Positions 18,636 through 29,952 of a DNA stretch of 64,000 nt are shown here, in pieces. Each line of letters starts with the position of its first letter. The stretch's first letter is position 1. Source of the stretch: Klebsiella pneumoniae. Its GTDB lineage: Bacteria; Pseudomonadota; Gammaproteobacteria; Ga0077536. Location: assembly GCA_945862315.1 (NCBI GenBank), contig CAMAXW010000007.1, forward strand, positions 3,773 through 67,772, read 5' to 3'. The translations under genes were made by a program, and so were the position numbers. The notes beneath the pieces were generated by a model. It did not search any database. It was not told the origin of the DNA and worked only from the letters and a program-made list of their open reading frames with translations.

Positions 18636-18939
18636 GAGTTTGATCCTTCAGATGAGGCCGGCAGGATGGCGGTAAGTGCAAGAATCTTCGTTTACTCACT
18701 GACGCAGGGCAAGCGCAAGCGCCAGTGAGAGGCTGGGGGGTGCGCTGACGCTCTGAGCGGTCGCGTAATGGCGGGACTAGCACCGCTAGCGCGGCCCGCG
18801 GCGCTGGGGAAACTGGCAGTATCACGGGACCATTAACGGCGGTTGCCGGGAGCGGTGGGACTAGCCCCGCATCGCCTCACCGGCCGTTGGACGAGCACTG
18901 AGCCCAACGCTACAGCGACCGAGCCGCCGCGCACCCGGT

Positions 18940-19662
18940 CTAAAGGCTCAGCACACCGCGTTTTTTTAGCCAACGGATGATGCCATACACCAGCAAAAGG
19001 GCCACCAAGCCGGCCCAGAGCGGGTCACCACGGCCTGGTTCATGGCCATTGCGCACGGCATCCAGCGCCAAAATGCCCAGACCGGCCAAAACCCACATAC
19101 CACAACTCGCAGAGTCTCTGAGCAGCGCGCGCTGCCAATGGAATTGCATGCCCGACAAGGTCTCGCGCAAGCCCGTCCAACGCGGCCACCAGCGCGGCAC
19201 ATCGCGGCAATAATCTAAGTAGGCTGGAAATTTTTCCGTTAAATAGCGCTCTTCGGCAGCCACGATGGCGAGGTAGGCCAGCCCGAAGAAAACCCCTCCC
19301 AAAAGATAGACACCCAGACTGTTATGGAGAATTAGCAGGCCGGCCAAGATCAGGAGATTGCCGCCATACAAGGGGTTTCGCACCTGCGCGAATAAACCGT
19401 CGGTGACCAAGTCTTTGGCATAAACACGTTTGTTCAGCCCGCCACGCTTGATATAGGCCAGGCCGATCGCCAGCCATCGATAGCTCTGCCCCAGCGTCGC
19501 GACAGCGAAGCCCAGCACCACCAGCCAGTGCTCAGTGCTTTCAGTGGTGCTCAAAGAATGCGGGCGAAAGCCCACGAAAAGCGCCACCAGCACCACCGGG
19601 AACACTTTGTCACGATAGTGGAAAAGCCAGTTACCGTAGCTCACCAAAAAAGACTTAAACAC
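18940..19662 (-). CDS. Membrane methyltransferase, isoprenylcysteine carboxyl / phospholipid methyltransferase family
   Basis: It is multi-TM and carries the family segment VTDGLFAQVRNPLYGGNLLILAGLLI. The start is GTG with an AGGGGA Shine-Dalgarno. Confidence 0.65.
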   Translation of the reverse strand: MFKSFLVSYGNWLFHYRDKVFPVVLVALFVGFRPHSLSTTESTEHWLVVLGFAVATLGQSYRWLAIGLAYIKRGGLNKRVYAKDLVTDGLFAQVRNPLYGGNLLILAGLLILHNSLGVYLLGGVFFGLAYLAIVAAEERYLTEKFPAYLDYCRDVPRWWPRWTGLRETLSGMQFHWQRALLRDSASCGMWVLAGLGILALDAVRNGHEPGRGDPLWAGLVALLLVYGIIRWLKKRGVLSL

Positions 19663-19675
19663 CCACAGAGTCCCC

Positions 19676-19698
19676 TAATAAAAGGCTCGCGGAGCCTT
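19676..19698 (-). terminator. Intrinsic terminator downstream of the NlpC/P60 gene
   Basis: The minus strand reads AAGGCTC-cgc-GAGCCTT followed by TTTATT. Confidence 0.5.
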
Positions 19699-19890
19699 GA
19701 GCGCAATCATCGCGGCAAAGTGATGCCAATGCCGCGTTTCTTCAACGTGCCGAAAATCCACTGGGCGCAGTAACGCCCGGTTTTCCTATCGTGCATTGGT
19801 GGCTGGCATTAGATCCCACCGCGTGCTGCGGCCCGGGGGCGGCAGCATAACATTCTACGGGGTAACCAAACGCACACGCGGGGACCCCCG

Positions 19891-20460
19891 CTAGCCACGC
19901 CCACCGCTCAACGCTGGGTAACCCTGACGAGCCGGGTCTAGGAACGGGCTGGGGCGCCGCGCGCCGCTCAAATGCTTATTCCAGTACAGGTTGTTCATGC
20001 TGGAAATGATCACCCGGCCCGTCCGGGGACTCGGTGCATGGACAAATCGTCCGTCACCCAAGTAAATGCCGACGTGCGAGAAACGTGCACCTTGGGTATC
20101 AAAAAACACGAGATCGGCGGCCTGCAAATCCGCCAATTCAACCCTGGGCAGTTGCTGTGCCATCGCGGCCGTGTTGCGGGGCATCTCAAAATTGAACTGA
20201 CCAAAAACGTGGTAGACCAAACCGCTGCAATCAAAACCTCTACGGGGCGATTCCCCTCCGATGAGATAGGGCTTGCCCTGCATGCTCGCGGCGTACGCGA
20301 CCACACCCAAGGCGTCCACCGCATCAGTGACTTGCGGCGGCGGCGCGAACGTAGTGGCCGGCGCCGGCTCTACGGGAGACACAGAGCTTGCGCCCATACC
20401 AGCGCAACCGCCCAGAACGGCCGCCGCGACGAGCAATAGGAGGGAGAACAGAGATCTCAT
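19891..20460 (-). CDS. NlpC/P60 peptidoglycan endopeptidase lipoprotein
   Basis: The lipobox is LGGCAG. The catalytic Cys context is RGFDCSGLVYHVF and the His context is SHVGIYLGDGRFVHAP. The start was set at the ATG at 20460. Confidence 0.85.
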   Translation of the reverse strand: MRSLFSLLLLVAAAVLGGCAGMGASSVSPVEPAPATTFAPPPQVTDAVDALGVVAYAASMQGKPYLIGGESPRRGFDCSGLVYHVFGQFNFEMPRNTAAMAQQLPRVELADLQAADLVFFDTQGARFSHVGIYLGDGRFVHAPSPRTGRVIISSMNNLYWNKHLSGARRPSPFLDPARQGYPALSGGRG

Positions 20461-20962
20461 GGGTTTATCAAAAACATAAACTATTTTTCTGATGTCGCTT
20501 TTAAGCAATCGATTTAAATAGAGTTTTGTCTGCATTTAAATTGAGCGCAAGTAGTTTCAAGCACCCCAGCCCAACACTCGCCCAGCCCATCAACCCAGCA
20601 AGCTCACCAACTGTGATGGCGCGTAGAAACACCGCCGGCAGCGCCCTAGAAAAACTCAGACAATGGCCCCGCGTACAAGCACTGTCGCTTGCTTGTGCAC
20701 ACAAAAAAGGCAAAGTTTCGCCGGCTCAAGCATCTCCGCACTATTCGTTGCGTTGAGTTCTTAAAACACTCCTAACTTATTGATTTTTCGAATCAGAGGG
20801 CGGTTGGTTAGTTTTTGTCCAGTTTGACGGGAGCCCCTTTAATCTTCCCCATAGGTAGACGCTGTGAGCGTTTCATCAACAGACTTATCCACAGAAACTG
20901 TGGGTAAGTTTGTCGCGCCTAGAACGATATCGAAGGGGGCATCAGAAGCTTGGTGAGTGACC

Positions 20963-20990
20963 ATCGCTGCAGATAGCGGCAGCGATTTTT
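20963..20990 (+). terminator. Orphan plus-strand intrinsic terminator with no annotated plus-strand gene upstream
   Basis: The sequence is ATCGCTGC-agatagcg-GCAGCGAT followed by TTTT. The reverse orientation has no T-run. Confidence 0.55.
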
Positions 20991-21104
20991 CGCCGGCGGT
21001 GGCCTGCGGGTGAGGTGCGACGGTGTGGCGCGGCGGTGCAAGCGCCCTGGAAACAACCTCGTTTGCCACCCAGGTCTACCCAAATGGGTGTGAGACCAGC
21101 GCGT

Positions 21105-21644
21105 TTAACGGGTTTGTTGGGCAGGCGTCGCGGTGAGGCGGGCGATGTGGACGCAACCTGCGACCAACGGTGCCAGTTCGGACAACGCGCGGTAATAGAC
21201 TTCGCGCTTGAAGGGGACAACAAGTTGTACCGGATCCCAGTAATCAATCCAACGCCACTGATCGAACTCAGGCTCATCGGCCGACTGCAGATCCACGCGA
21301 TGCTCTTCCGCGGCTAGACGGAGCACAAACCAGCGCTGTTTTTGACCAATGCACACGGGGTTTTGCGAATGACGGATATACCGTTTGGGCAGCCGATAGC
21401 GCAGCCAAGAACGTGTACAGCCGATGATTTCAACGTGCTCTGGCAGCAAACCGACTTCTTCACGCAGTTCGCGATACATCGCTTGCTGGGGAGTCTCGTC
21501 GGGGTTGATGCCGCCTTGCGGGAACTGCCAAGCAGACCTGCCAATGCGCCGCCCCCAAAAGGATTGGCCTTGGTCGTTTAGCAGCACGATCCCCACGTTG
21601 GCACGATAGCCCTGAGGGTCGATAGTCGCTTCTACCAAGCACAT
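21105..21644 (-). CDS. rppH: RNA pyrophosphohydrolase (Nudix)
   Basis: It is near-collinear with E. coli RppH as remembered: [40 protein letters not shown]. Confidence 0.9.
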   Translation of the reverse strand: MCLVEATIDPQGYRANVGIVLLNDQGQSFWGRRIGRSAWQFPQGGINPDETPQQAMYRELREEVGLLPEHVEIIGCTRSWLRYRLPKRYIRHSQNPVCIGQKQRWFVLRLAAEEHRVDLQSADEPEFDQWRWIDYWDPVQLVVPFKREVYYRALSELAPLVAGCVHIARLTATPAQQTR

Positions 21645-21713
21645 TCCCCCTCAGCCGCCAACGTTTTAGTTGTTCTTCTTTTTCTCTCGCCTGATCGATC
21701 GCGCCCCAGATGG

Positions 21714-21735
21714 CCGGTCGAATAGACTCGACCGG
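21714..21735 (-). terminator. 8-bp stem hairpin between mdh and rppH (no clear U-run)
   Basis: The sequence is ccggtcga-atagac-tcgaccgg. Confidence 0.3.
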
Positions 21736-21751
21736 CGGGCACTTGGCAGCG

Positions 21752-22732
21752 TTAGCCCACGAGTTTGCGAATGGCGTCACGCTCTTCTTTGAGTTCGTTC
21801 TCGGTGAGGGTCATGCGCTGACGGCTGAAATCATCGACCGGCAGGCCCTGCACAATGGCGTAGTCGCCACCCTCGCAGCGCACCGGAAAAGAGTACATCA
21901 GACCTTTCTCGATGCCATAACTGCCGTCGCTCGGCACCGCCATGCTGGTCCAATCGCCAGCGGGCGTGCCGGCAACCCAATCGCGCATGTGCTCTAAGGC
22001 GGCATTCGCGGCCGAGGCGGCACTGGAGGCGCCACGGGCGTCGATGATTTCTGCCCCGCGCTTGGCGACGCGAGGAATGTATTCGTTCTCATACCAAGCG
22101 CGTTCTAGGCCTGCGAGCGCGCTCACGCCCCGCACTTCAGCCTGGCTGAGGTCTGGGTACTGGGTGGTGGAATGATTGCCCCAAATCATGACCTTGCGCA
22201 CGTCCGTCACGGCCACGCCGGTTTTGGCGGCCAACTGCGCCACAGCCCGATTGTGGTCCAGCCGAGTCATGGCCGTGAACTGGCGGGGGTTGATATCCGG
22301 GGCATAGTGGGCGCAGGTCCACGCATTGGTGTTAGCCGGATTACCCACCACCAGGGCGCGAATATTGCGGCTGGCATGGTCGTTAATCGCCTTACCCTGC
22401 ACCTTAAAAATCCCCCCGTTGGCCGCCAGCAAATCGCTGCGTTCCATGCCCGGGCCGCGCGGTTTGGCGCCTACCAGCAAAGCAAAATCGGTGTCCTTAA
22501 AGGCAATATTGGGGTCGTCGGTGATTTCCATGCTGCTCAGCAGTGGGAACGCACAGTCGTCCAATTCCATCACCACGCCCTGTAGAGATTTCATCGCCGG
22601 GGTGACTTCCAGCAACTGCAAGCGCACGGGTTGCTCCATGCCCAACATTTGCCCCGAGGCGATGCGAAATAGCAGTGCATAGGAAATCTGGCCGGCGGCG
22701 CCGGTAATTGTCACGCGTACGGGGGTCTTCAT
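21752..22732 (-). CDS. mdh: Malate dehydrogenase (LDH-like type 2, ~326 aa)
   Basis: [27 protein letters not shown] is a typical N-terminus. The start was set at the internal ATG at 22732. Confidence 0.9.
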   Translation of the reverse strand: MKTPVRVTITGAAGQISYALLFRIASGQMLGMEQPVRLQLLEVTPAMKSLQGVVMELDDCAFPLLSSMEITDDPNIAFKDTDFALLVGAKPRGPGMERSDLLAANGGIFKVQGKAINDHASRNIRALVVGNPANTNAWTCAHYAPDINPRQFTAMTRLDHNRAVAQLAAKTGVAVTDVRKVMIWGNHSTTQYPDLSQAEVRGVSALAGLERAWYENEYIPRVAKRGAEIIDARGASSAASAANAALEHMRDWVAGTPAGDWTSMAVPSDGSYGIEKGLMYSFPVRCEGGDYAIVQGLPVDDFSRQRMTLTENELKEERDAIRKLVG

Positions 22733-22793
22733 AAGTCTTTCTTTCCAGGTTGCTCGCGAAAATAAAAATTTAAACGGTCGGCGCCGGTTGCCG

Positions 22794-24089
22794 TCAACCG
22801 CGATCCGCCACCGCGGTGTAGTCGCGTCGTTGCGCCCCGATATAGAGCTGGCGCGGGCGGCCAATTCGGAAATCGCTGTCGGCCATCATTTCCATCCACT
22901 GAGCAATCCAGCCCGAGGCGCGAGCTAGCGCAAACATCGGCGTGAACATATTGGCGGGGATGCCAAGGGCTTGATAAATCAGGCCGGAATAAAAATCCAC
23001 ATTCGGGTAGAGCTTGCGCGAAATGAAGTATTCATCTTCTAACGCGATGCGCTCCAGTTCCATCGCCACTTCAAACATCGGCAGATTGAGGTTCATGGAC
23101 TGCAGTAGGTCATGGCAGGCTTGCCGAATAATTTTGGCGCGCGGGTCGTAATTTTTGTACACCCGATGACCAAAACCCATCAGGCGAAAGTTGTCGTCTT
23201 TATCTTTCGCCCGGCTGATGAACTTCGGTATGTTCTTGGGTTCACCAATTTCCGCCAGCATTTCGATGACGGCCTCGTTGGCCCCACCGTGAGCTTTGCC
23301 CCAGAGCGTTGCCACGCCGGCGGCGACACAGGCGAAGGGATTGGTTTCGGCGCTACCGGCCAGCCGCACGGTGGAGGTGCTAGCGTTTTGCTCGTGGTCA
23401 GCATGGAGGATGAACAGCAAGTTGAGCGCGCGCAGCGCCACCGGGTTCGCCACATAGGGCTCGGTGGGCCAAGAGAACATCATGTACATGAAATTCTCGA
23501 CGTGGTCGCGGGAGTTGTCGGGATAGACGAATGGCAGCCCTGAACTGTGGCGATAAATTTTCGACACCAAATTGGGCATTTTGGCGATCACGCGGCGTGC
23601 CGTGAGCATGCGGGAAGCGGGGTCATGGATGTCTGTCGAGGCGTGGTAGTAGGACGCCACCGCTGCGCAGACACCGGCTAATACCGACATGGGATGCGCA
23701 TCGTAGCGATACCCTTGGTAGAACCGCGACAGATGCTCGTGCGTCATGCCGTGCATCTTGATGGCGTGCGTCCATTCGTCGGATTGCACCTGATTGGGTA
23801 ACTCGCCGTGCAACAGCAGGTAGCTGACTTCGAGAAAGTTCGACTTCTCGGCCAACTGTTCAATGGGATAGCCCCGGTGCAACAGCACGCCGTCTTCGCC
23901 GTCCAGATAGGTAATGGCGCTACGGCAGGCGGCCGTCGACCCGTAGCCGAGGTCGAAGGTGAACATGCCGAGCTCTTTGTACAGGTTCTTGATGTCGATG
24001 ACAGGCGCCCCATATTCGCCTTCATAAACCGGGCATTCCACCTGTTTGCCGCTCTTGTGGTCGGTTATCGTGACGATTCGGGTTGCCAT
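22794..24089 (-). CDS. gltA: Citrate synthase (type II)
   Basis: [28 protein letters not shown] and the length all fit. The start was set at [10 protein letters not shown]. Confidence 0.92.
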   Translation of the reverse strand: MATRIVTITDHKSGKQVECPVYEGEYGAPVIDIKNLYKELGMFTFDLGYGSTAACRSAITYLDGEDGVLLHRGYPIEQLAEKSNFLEVSYLLLHGELPNQVQSDEWTHAIKMHGMTHEHLSRFYQGYRYDAHPMSVLAGVCAAVASYYHASTDIHDPASRMLTARRVIAKMPNLVSKIYRHSSGLPFVYPDNSRDHVENFMYMMFSWPTEPYVANPVALRALNLLFILHADHEQNASTSTVRLAGSAETNPFACVAAGVATLWGKAHGGANEAVIEMLAEIGEPKNIPKFISRAKDKDDNFRLMGFGHRVYKNYDPRAKIIRQACHDLLQSMNLNLPMFEVAMELERIALEDEYFISRKLYPNVDFYSGLIYQALGIPANMFTPMFALARASGWIAQWMEMMADSDFRIGRPRQLYIGAQRRDYTAVADRG

Positions 24090-24389
24090 GGATGCCTCTC
24101 TAAAACTGTTGCCGAGCGCTTTGGTAGGGTGCGGATGTTCCTCACACAAGTGGCTAAGAATACCCGTGCGCATGGAAAGGCTTCAAGCACGCCAGTTCGG
24201 GGAAAGTGAATGAGGCCTAGAGCAAGGGCTCGGCGGCGGCAGAAAACGCCGCGGCGTAACGGAATTTGCTGCGTCGCGGGTGACTTTGGGCCATCATTGA
24301 TCCAAGATTCAGGGCCCCAGTGCTGACCTTGCACATGCGGCAAGGATCGAGTGAGGGAGAACAGCACAACCCCGCACTTCTAACCGAGG

Positions 24390-27227
24390 ATGAAGATGCA
24401 ATCTACTTCGTGTCTTTTCAGCGCCAACGCTGCTTTCATCGAAGATCTCTATGAGCGCTTCCTTGATAACCCGTCCGCCGTTGACCCGGGCTGGCGCGAG
24501 TATTTCGCTCGCCTGCAAGACGGCCAATCGGCCACCGACACCGCTCACTCTCCGATTCGCGAGCGCCTGATGGCAGGTGCCGACCGGCCCCGGCAACAGG
24601 CCGCCACGCCTCCAGCGAGCGTCGCGTTCACCGAGGATGGGAAACAAGTCTTTGTGCTCCAACTCATCAACGCTTATCGCTTTCTGGGTCACCGTCAAGC
24701 CAAGCTAGACCCGCTTAATCAGTACGCACGCCCACAGGTGCAGGAACTTGACCCCGCTTTTCACGGCTTAGCCGAAGTCGACATGGAGCGGATTTTCAAT
24801 ACCGGGTCACTCGCGGGTATGGACCGTGCGTCCTTGCGCCAAATCCTCGACATCGTGCGCACCACCTACTGCAGCCATATTGGCGCGGAATACATGCACA
24901 TTGTCGAAACCGCGCAAAAACGCTGGATCCAGCAGCGTCTTGAACCGGTACTCGGTAAACCGGCGTTTGATGCGGCCAAAAAGCGCCACCTTCTTGAGCG
25001 GGTGGTGGCGGCCGGCGCGTTAGAGGAATATCTACACACACGCTATGTGGGCCAAAAGCGCTTTTCGCTAGAAGGCGGCGACAGCACCATTCCATTGCTG
25101 GACCAACTCTTGACCGACTGCGGACGCCACGGGATTAAAGAAGTCGTTATCGGCATGGCCCATCGGGGCCGGCTAAACGTGTTGGTGAATATTGTCGGCA
25201 AACACCCCTCCAAGTTATTCGAGGAATTTGAGGGCAAAAGCCGCGTAGCGCGCCTCGGTGACGTGAAATATCACATGGGCTTTTCATCAGACATCGAGAC
25301 GCCGGATGGTCCCCTGCATGTCACGCTGGCATTTAATCCCTCGCATTTAGAGATCATCGACCCCGTCGTCGAGGGTTCGGTGCGTGCTCGCCAAGACCGC
25401 CGGGGCGATGTTGAACGCAACGAAGTGCTGCCGCTGCTGATCCACGGCGACGCGGCGTTTGCCGGCCAAGGCGTGGTCATGGAAACCTTCAATCTTTCGC
25501 AGACCCGCGGCTACACCACCGGCGGCACCGTGCATGTGATTATCAACAATCAAATCGGTTTCACGACCAGCGATCCGCTGGACTCGCGATCCAGTTTGTA
25601 TTGCACAGACGTGGCTAAAATTGTGCAGGCGCCGATTTTTCACGTGAACGGCGACGACCCAGAAGCGGTGGCCTTCGTGGCGCAAATCGCGTTGGATTTC
25701 CGCATGGAATTCAATAAAGACGTGGTTATCGACCTCATTTGCTATCGCAAGCATGGGCACAGCGAGGCCGATGAACCCGCGGCCACGCAGCCCGTGATGT
25801 ACCAGCACGTGCGCAAACATAGCGGCGTACGCAAACTCTACGCCGACCAGTTGCTCGCCGAGGGGATCATTTCGGCCGCAGAAGTGGCGGCTATGGCCAG
25901 CGCTTATGTCGCGGCGCTCGAGAACAACCTCGTAGTCTCACGCCCACATTCGGCCACGCCCGACCCGCGCTTCCTCATTAATTTTGAGCCCTACCGTGCG
26001 AGCCACTGGCGCGACGCCACGGCCACCCACCTTAGCGGCGAGAAAATTGCCACGCTCTCCGAGCGCATGTCGACCTACCCAAGCCAGTTTGATCCGCATC
26101 GCGCCGTGCGCCGAGTCTATGAGGATCGCCGCCGCATGGCGGCCGGGGAAATCCCCATGGATTGGGGATACGCTGAAACCCTCGCCTACGCCGGGTTGCT
26201 CACGGAGGGACATCCGGTGCGCTTGTCCGGACAGGACAGCGCCCGTGGTACTTTTTTTCATCGGCACGCGGTGGTAACCGATCAAAAAACCGGCGATACC
26301 TTCCTGCCCCTGCAGAACCTCGCCGCCGATCAGGCGAGTTTTTTGGTCATCAATTCCACGTTATCCGAAGCCGCCGTGTTGGGCTTTGAGTTTGGCTATG
26401 CCAGCTCCGAACCCCGCGGTATCGTGATCTGGGAGGCGCAATTTGGCGATTTTGCCAATGGTGCGCAGGTGGTTATCGATCAATTTATTGCTTCTTGCGA
26501 AGAAAAATGGGGTCGACTCTGCGGCCTGACCCTGCTGTTGCCACACGGCTATGACGGCCAAGGTCCCGAGCACTCCTCGGCACGGCTAGAGCGCTATTTA
26601 CAGCTGTGCGCCGAAGACAATATGCAGGTCGTTTATCCCACCACCCCTGCTCAGATGTTCCATCTCATCAGGCGCCAGACGCTGCGTCCTTACCGCAAAC
26701 CCCTCATCGTGATGAGCCCCAAAAGTCTGCTGCGGCACAAACTCTCCGTCTCAAGTTTGGCGGAGATCGAATCCGGCAGCTTCAAGACGGTGATCGATGA
26801 AGTCGACGCGCTCGACCGCAAGGCTGTCAAACGGGTGCTGTTTTGTAGCGGCAAGGTGTATTACGACCTCCTAGAAGCTCGCCGTGAGCGACAGTTGGAC
26901 GATTGCGCCATTATCCGCATTGAGCAGCTTTATCCGTTCCCGCGCGAGGAAATCATGACGATCCTCGCCTCCTATCCGGCGGTAGCAGACGCGGTCTGGG
27001 TGCAGGAAGAACCCCGCAACCAGGGTGCGTGGTCAATCATGCTGTCACGGCGCATGCTGGCCGGCTGCTTCCCCGTGGAAATGCCGCTGCGCTGCGTGGC
27101 GCGGGCATATTCCGCCTCACCGGCGGTGGGTTACCACGCGCTGCACCTCAAGCAGCAACAAGAGCTGGTGGACGCCGCCTTGCAGGTCCCAAGCCCAACC
27201 ACCCCACAGCAGAAAAAACCAGCCTGA
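24390..27227 (+). CDS. sucA: 2-oxoglutarate dehydrogenase E1 component
   Basis: It is 945 aa with an N-terminus like SucA (AAFIEDLYERFLDNPSAVDPGWREYF). The ThDP region is HGDAAFAGQGVVMET. Confidence 0.95.
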   Translation: MKMQSTSCLFSANAAFIEDLYERFLDNPSAVDPGWREYFARLQDGQSATDTAHSPIRERLMAGADRPRQQAATPPASVAFTEDGKQVFVLQLINAYRFLGHRQAKLDPLNQYARPQVQELDPAFHGLAEVDMERIFNTGSLAGMDRASLRQILDIVRTTYCSHIGAEYMHIVETAQKRWIQQRLEPVLGKPAFDAAKKRHLLERVVAAGALEEYLHTRYVGQKRFSLEGGDSTIPLLDQLLTDCGRHGIKEVVIGMAHRGRLNVLVNIVGKHPSKLFEEFEGKSRVARLGDVKYHMGFSSDIETPDGPLHVTLAFNPSHLEIIDPVVEGSVRARQDRRGDVERNEVLPLLIHGDAAFAGQGVVMETFNLSQTRGYTTGGTVHVIINNQIGFTTSDPLDSRSSLYCTDVAKIVQAPIFHVNGDDPEAVAFVAQIALDFRMEFNKDVVIDLICYRKHGHSEADEPAATQPVMYQHVRKHSGVRKLYADQLLAEGIISAAEVAAMASAYVAALENNLVVSRPHSATPDPRFLINFEPYRASHWRDATATHLSGEKIATLSERMSTYPSQFDPHRAVRRVYEDRRRMAAGEIPMDWGYAETLAYAGLLTEGHPVRLSGQDSARGTFFHRHAVVTDQKTGDTFLPLQNLAADQASFLVINSTLSEAAVLGFEFGYASSEPRGIVIWEAQFGDFANGAQVVIDQFIASCEEKWGRLCGLTLLLPHGYDGQGPEHSSARLERYLQLCAEDNMQVVYPTTPAQMFHLIRRQTLRPYRKPLIVMSPKSLLRHKLSVSSLAEIESGSFKTVIDEVDALDRKAVKRVLFCSGKVYYDLLEARRERQLDDCAIIRIEQLYPFPREEIMTILASYPAVADAVWVQEEPRNQGAWSIMLSRRMLAGCFPVEMPLRCVARAYSASPAVGYHALHLKQQQELVDAALQVPSPTTPQQKKPA

Positions 27228-27277
27228 TCGCCATCCCATTAACGGCTATCGGGCGTTCATGAAACAAAGGAAATACC

Positions 27278-28471
27278 GTGTTAGTTGAAGTAAAGGTTCC
27301 GGTCCTCGCCGAATCCGTACCCGACGCCACTCTCTTGGAATGGCATAAAAAATCGGGCGAACGTGTGGAACGCGGTGACAACCTCATCGATCTGGAAACT
27401 GACAAAGTCACCCTCGAAATTGCCGCACCGGTCGGCGGCGTGTTGGTCGATATCCGCAAACAAACGGGGGAGGTAGTCACTACCGATGAGATTTTGGCGG
27501 TGATCGACACGGCTGAGGCGAGCACCGCACCGGACGCCGCCCCGCTCATCGCCGCCGGCACCGACCTACCCACCGACACCGCCGTCGCTGCAAAAATGGG
27601 CCCGGCGGCGCGCAAAATTGTCCAAGAGAGAGGCCTAGATGTCACCACTATTCAGGGCTCAGGCAAAGACGGTCGCGTGACCAAGGGCGATGTGCTGGCA
27701 CAAACCGTCTCAGCGCCAGCGCGAGTTGTGCCGCCGCAGGCGCCGGCTCCGGCTCCGAGCGTCGCGGGGGCACGGGCCGATCAGCGCGTCCCGATGACGC
27801 GTCTGCGCAAACGAACCGCCGAACGTCTGCTGCAAGCCCAACACCAAGCCGCCATCCTCACCACCTTTAACGAGGTGAACATGCAACCGGTGATGGATTT
27901 ACGCAATCGCTACAAAGATGACTTCGAAAAACGGCACGGCGTGCGGATGGGCTTTATGTCGTTCTTCGTGAAGGCCGCCGTCGAGGCGTTGAAAAAATTT
28001 CCGGTGGTCAACGCCAGCATTGACGGCGAGGACATTATTTACCATGACTACTTCGACATCGGGGTCGCGGTAGGGTCGGCGCGTGGGCTGGTGGTACCTA
28101 TCCTGCGCGATGCTGAAACCCTCACCTTTGGCGACATCGAACGCGGCGTGCGCGAGTTTGGCGACCGGGCGCGCGACAGTAAGCTCACCATCGAGGAGCT
28201 CACCGGGGGCACCTTTACGATCAGCAACGGTGGGATTTTTGGTTCGCTGCTCTCAACGCCCATTCTCAATCCACCCCAAAGCGCCATTCTGGGCATGCAT
28301 AAAATTCAGGATCGACCGGTGGTGGAGAAAGGGGTCATCGTGATCCGTCCCATGATGTACCTGGCGATGTCTTACGACCACCGCATTATCGACGGCCGCG
28401 AGGCCGTACAGTGTCTCGATACCATCCGCCTGTTGCTCGAAGATCCGAGCCGCATGCTGCTACAAGTTTGA
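27278..28471 (+). CDS. sucB: Dihydrolipoyllysine succinyltransferase E2
   Basis: It has the lipoyl domain motif [10 protein letters not shown], a PSBD and the catalytic segment [13 protein letters not shown]. The start is GTG. Confidence 0.93.
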   Translation: MLVEVKVPVLAESVPDATLLEWHKKSGERVERGDNLIDLETDKVTLEIAAPVGGVLVDIRKQTGEVVTTDEILAVIDTAEASTAPDAAPLIAAGTDLPTDTAVAAKMGPAARKIVQERGLDVTTIQGSGKDGRVTKGDVLAQTVSAPARVVPPQAPAPAPSVAGARADQRVPMTRLRKRTAERLLQAQHQAAILTTFNEVNMQPVMDLRNRYKDDFEKRHGVRMGFMSFFVKAAVEALKKFPVVNASIDGEDIIYHDYFDIGVAVGSARGLVVPILRDAETLTFGDIERGVREFGDRARDSKLTIEELTGGTFTISNGGIFGSLLSTPILNPPQSAILGMHKIQDRPVVEKGVIVIRPMMYLAMSYDHRIIDGREAVQCLDTIRLLLEDPSRMLLQV

Positions 28472-28479
28472 GGTAGGCC

Positions 28480-29898
28480 ATGGATAACTATCAGGTAGTC
28501 ATAGTCGGTGCCGGGCCTGCGGGCTACGTCGCAGCCATCCGCTGTGCCCAACTGGGCCTAAAGACGGCGTGTGTGGAATCTTGGGTAAGCCCGAAAGGCA
28601 CGCCGACTCTCGGCGGCACCTGCCTGAATGTGGGCTGTATCCCATCCAAAGCGCTGCTAGATTCCTCCCATCACTTTGAGCATCTGCGTAAACACGGGAA
28701 AGAACACGGCATCGTCACCGGTGCAGTCGGTTTTGATGTCAGCGTGATGCAAAAACGTAAAGAAAAAATTGTCCAAACCCTGACCCAAGGCATCGCCGGA
28801 CTGTTCAAAAAGAACGGGGTTACGTGGGTGCAGGGGCACGGTGTACTAAAGCCACATGGCGAAGTCGCCGTACTCGACAGCGCGGGCAGCGAAACCGCGC
28901 GGCTGGCAGCACCCCATATCATCATTGCAACGGGTTCTGTGCCGGCACGCATTCCCTCGGCGCCGGTCGATCAGCAAGCGGTAGTCGACTCCACAGGGGC
29001 CTTGGCTTTCGAGCAAGTGCCGACGCGGCTGGGCATCATTGGGGCCGGCGTAATTGGACTGGAACTGGGCAGCGTGTGGCGCCGCCTCGGCGCGGAGGTC
29101 ATCATTTTTGAGGCCTTGCCAGAATTTCTCGGCGCCACCGACCAAGACGTGGCGAAAGAAGCCCTTAAGATTTTTTCCAAGCAGGGCCTAGATATTCGGC
29201 TCAATGCCAAAGTGCTCGGGGTCACCACCTCTCCAGAAGGCGTGCGCGTCAGTGTTGACACAGGGGGCAATACGGCAGAAGTGACGGTCGATAAACTCAT
29301 CGTCGCGGTCGGCCGGGTGCCGAATACCCAAGGACTTGGCGCCGCTGAAATTGGACTGGCATTGGACGCACGTGGATTCATTCAAACTGACGGCCTGTGC
29401 AAAACCAACATCGCTGGCATTTACGCCGTTGGCGATGTGATCCACGGACCGATGCTGGCCCACAAGGCGTCGGAAGAAGGCATCGCGGTGGCCGAATTTA
29501 TCGCCGGTCAAAAACCTGCCATCGACCACGCGCAGATCCCGTGGGTTATTTATACCTGGCCCGAAATTGCGTGGGCGGGTGCCACCGAAAAATCACTCAA
29601 AGAAACTGGCCGTGCGTATCGGCTTGGCCGCTTCCCGTTTATGGCCAGCGGGCGCGCGCGCGCCATGGGTGAGACCGACGGCTTTATCAAGATCCTCAGC
29701 GCGCAGGATACGGATGAAGTCTTAGGCGTGCATATCATTGGGCCGCAAGCCTCGGAGCTGATCGCAGAAGCAGTACTGGCGATGGCCTTTAACGCCTCTG
29801 CCGAAGACATCGCCCGGACCGTACACGCCCATCCAACGCTCAGTGAAGGCCTGCACGAGGCCGCCCTAGGCGCGGATAACCGCATGATCCACCTCTAG
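28480..29898 (+). CDS. lpdA: Dihydrolipoyl dehydrogenase E3
   Basis: GGTCLNVGCIPSK is the redox disulfide motif. The FAD fingerprint is GAGPAGY and the C-terminus contains HAHPTLSE. Confidence 0.93.
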   Translation: MDNYQVVIVGAGPAGYVAAIRCAQLGLKTACVESWVSPKGTPTLGGTCLNVGCIPSKALLDSSHHFEHLRKHGKEHGIVTGAVGFDVSVMQKRKEKIVQTLTQGIAGLFKKNGVTWVQGHGVLKPHGEVAVLDSAGSETARLAAPHIIIATGSVPARIPSAPVDQQAVVDSTGALAFEQVPTRLGIIGAGVIGLELGSVWRRLGAEVIIFEALPEFLGATDQDVAKEALKIFSKQGLDIRLNAKVLGVTTSPEGVRVSVDTGGNTAEVTVDKLIVAVGRVPNTQGLGAAEIGLALDARGFIQTDGLCKTNIAGIYAVGDVIHGPMLAHKASEEGIAVAEFIAGQKPAIDHAQIPWVIYTWPEIAWAGATEKSLKETGRAYRLGRFPFMASGRARAMGETDGFIKILSAQDTDEVLGVHIIGPQASELIAEAVLAMAFNASAEDIARTVHAHPTLSEGLHEAALGADNRMIHL

Positions 29899-29910
29899 CG
29901 ATAACTGAAA

Positions 29911-29934
29911 GCGCCCACCACCCGCGGTGGGCGT
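29911..29934 (+). terminator. GC hairpin after lpdA (weak U-run)
   Basis: The sequence is cgcccacc-acccgc-ggtgggcg. Confidence 0.4.
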
Positions 29935-29952
29935 CAGAGTTACTTGCAATGC

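Noticed and set aside
20839-21069. 76-aa minus-strand ORF downstream of rppH (or the 41-aa version starting at ATG 20964)
   Set aside because: Neither start has a Shine-Dalgarno sequence. Third-position GC is much lower than in host genes. The internal ATG is buried in the terminator hairpin. The peptide has no recognisable features.
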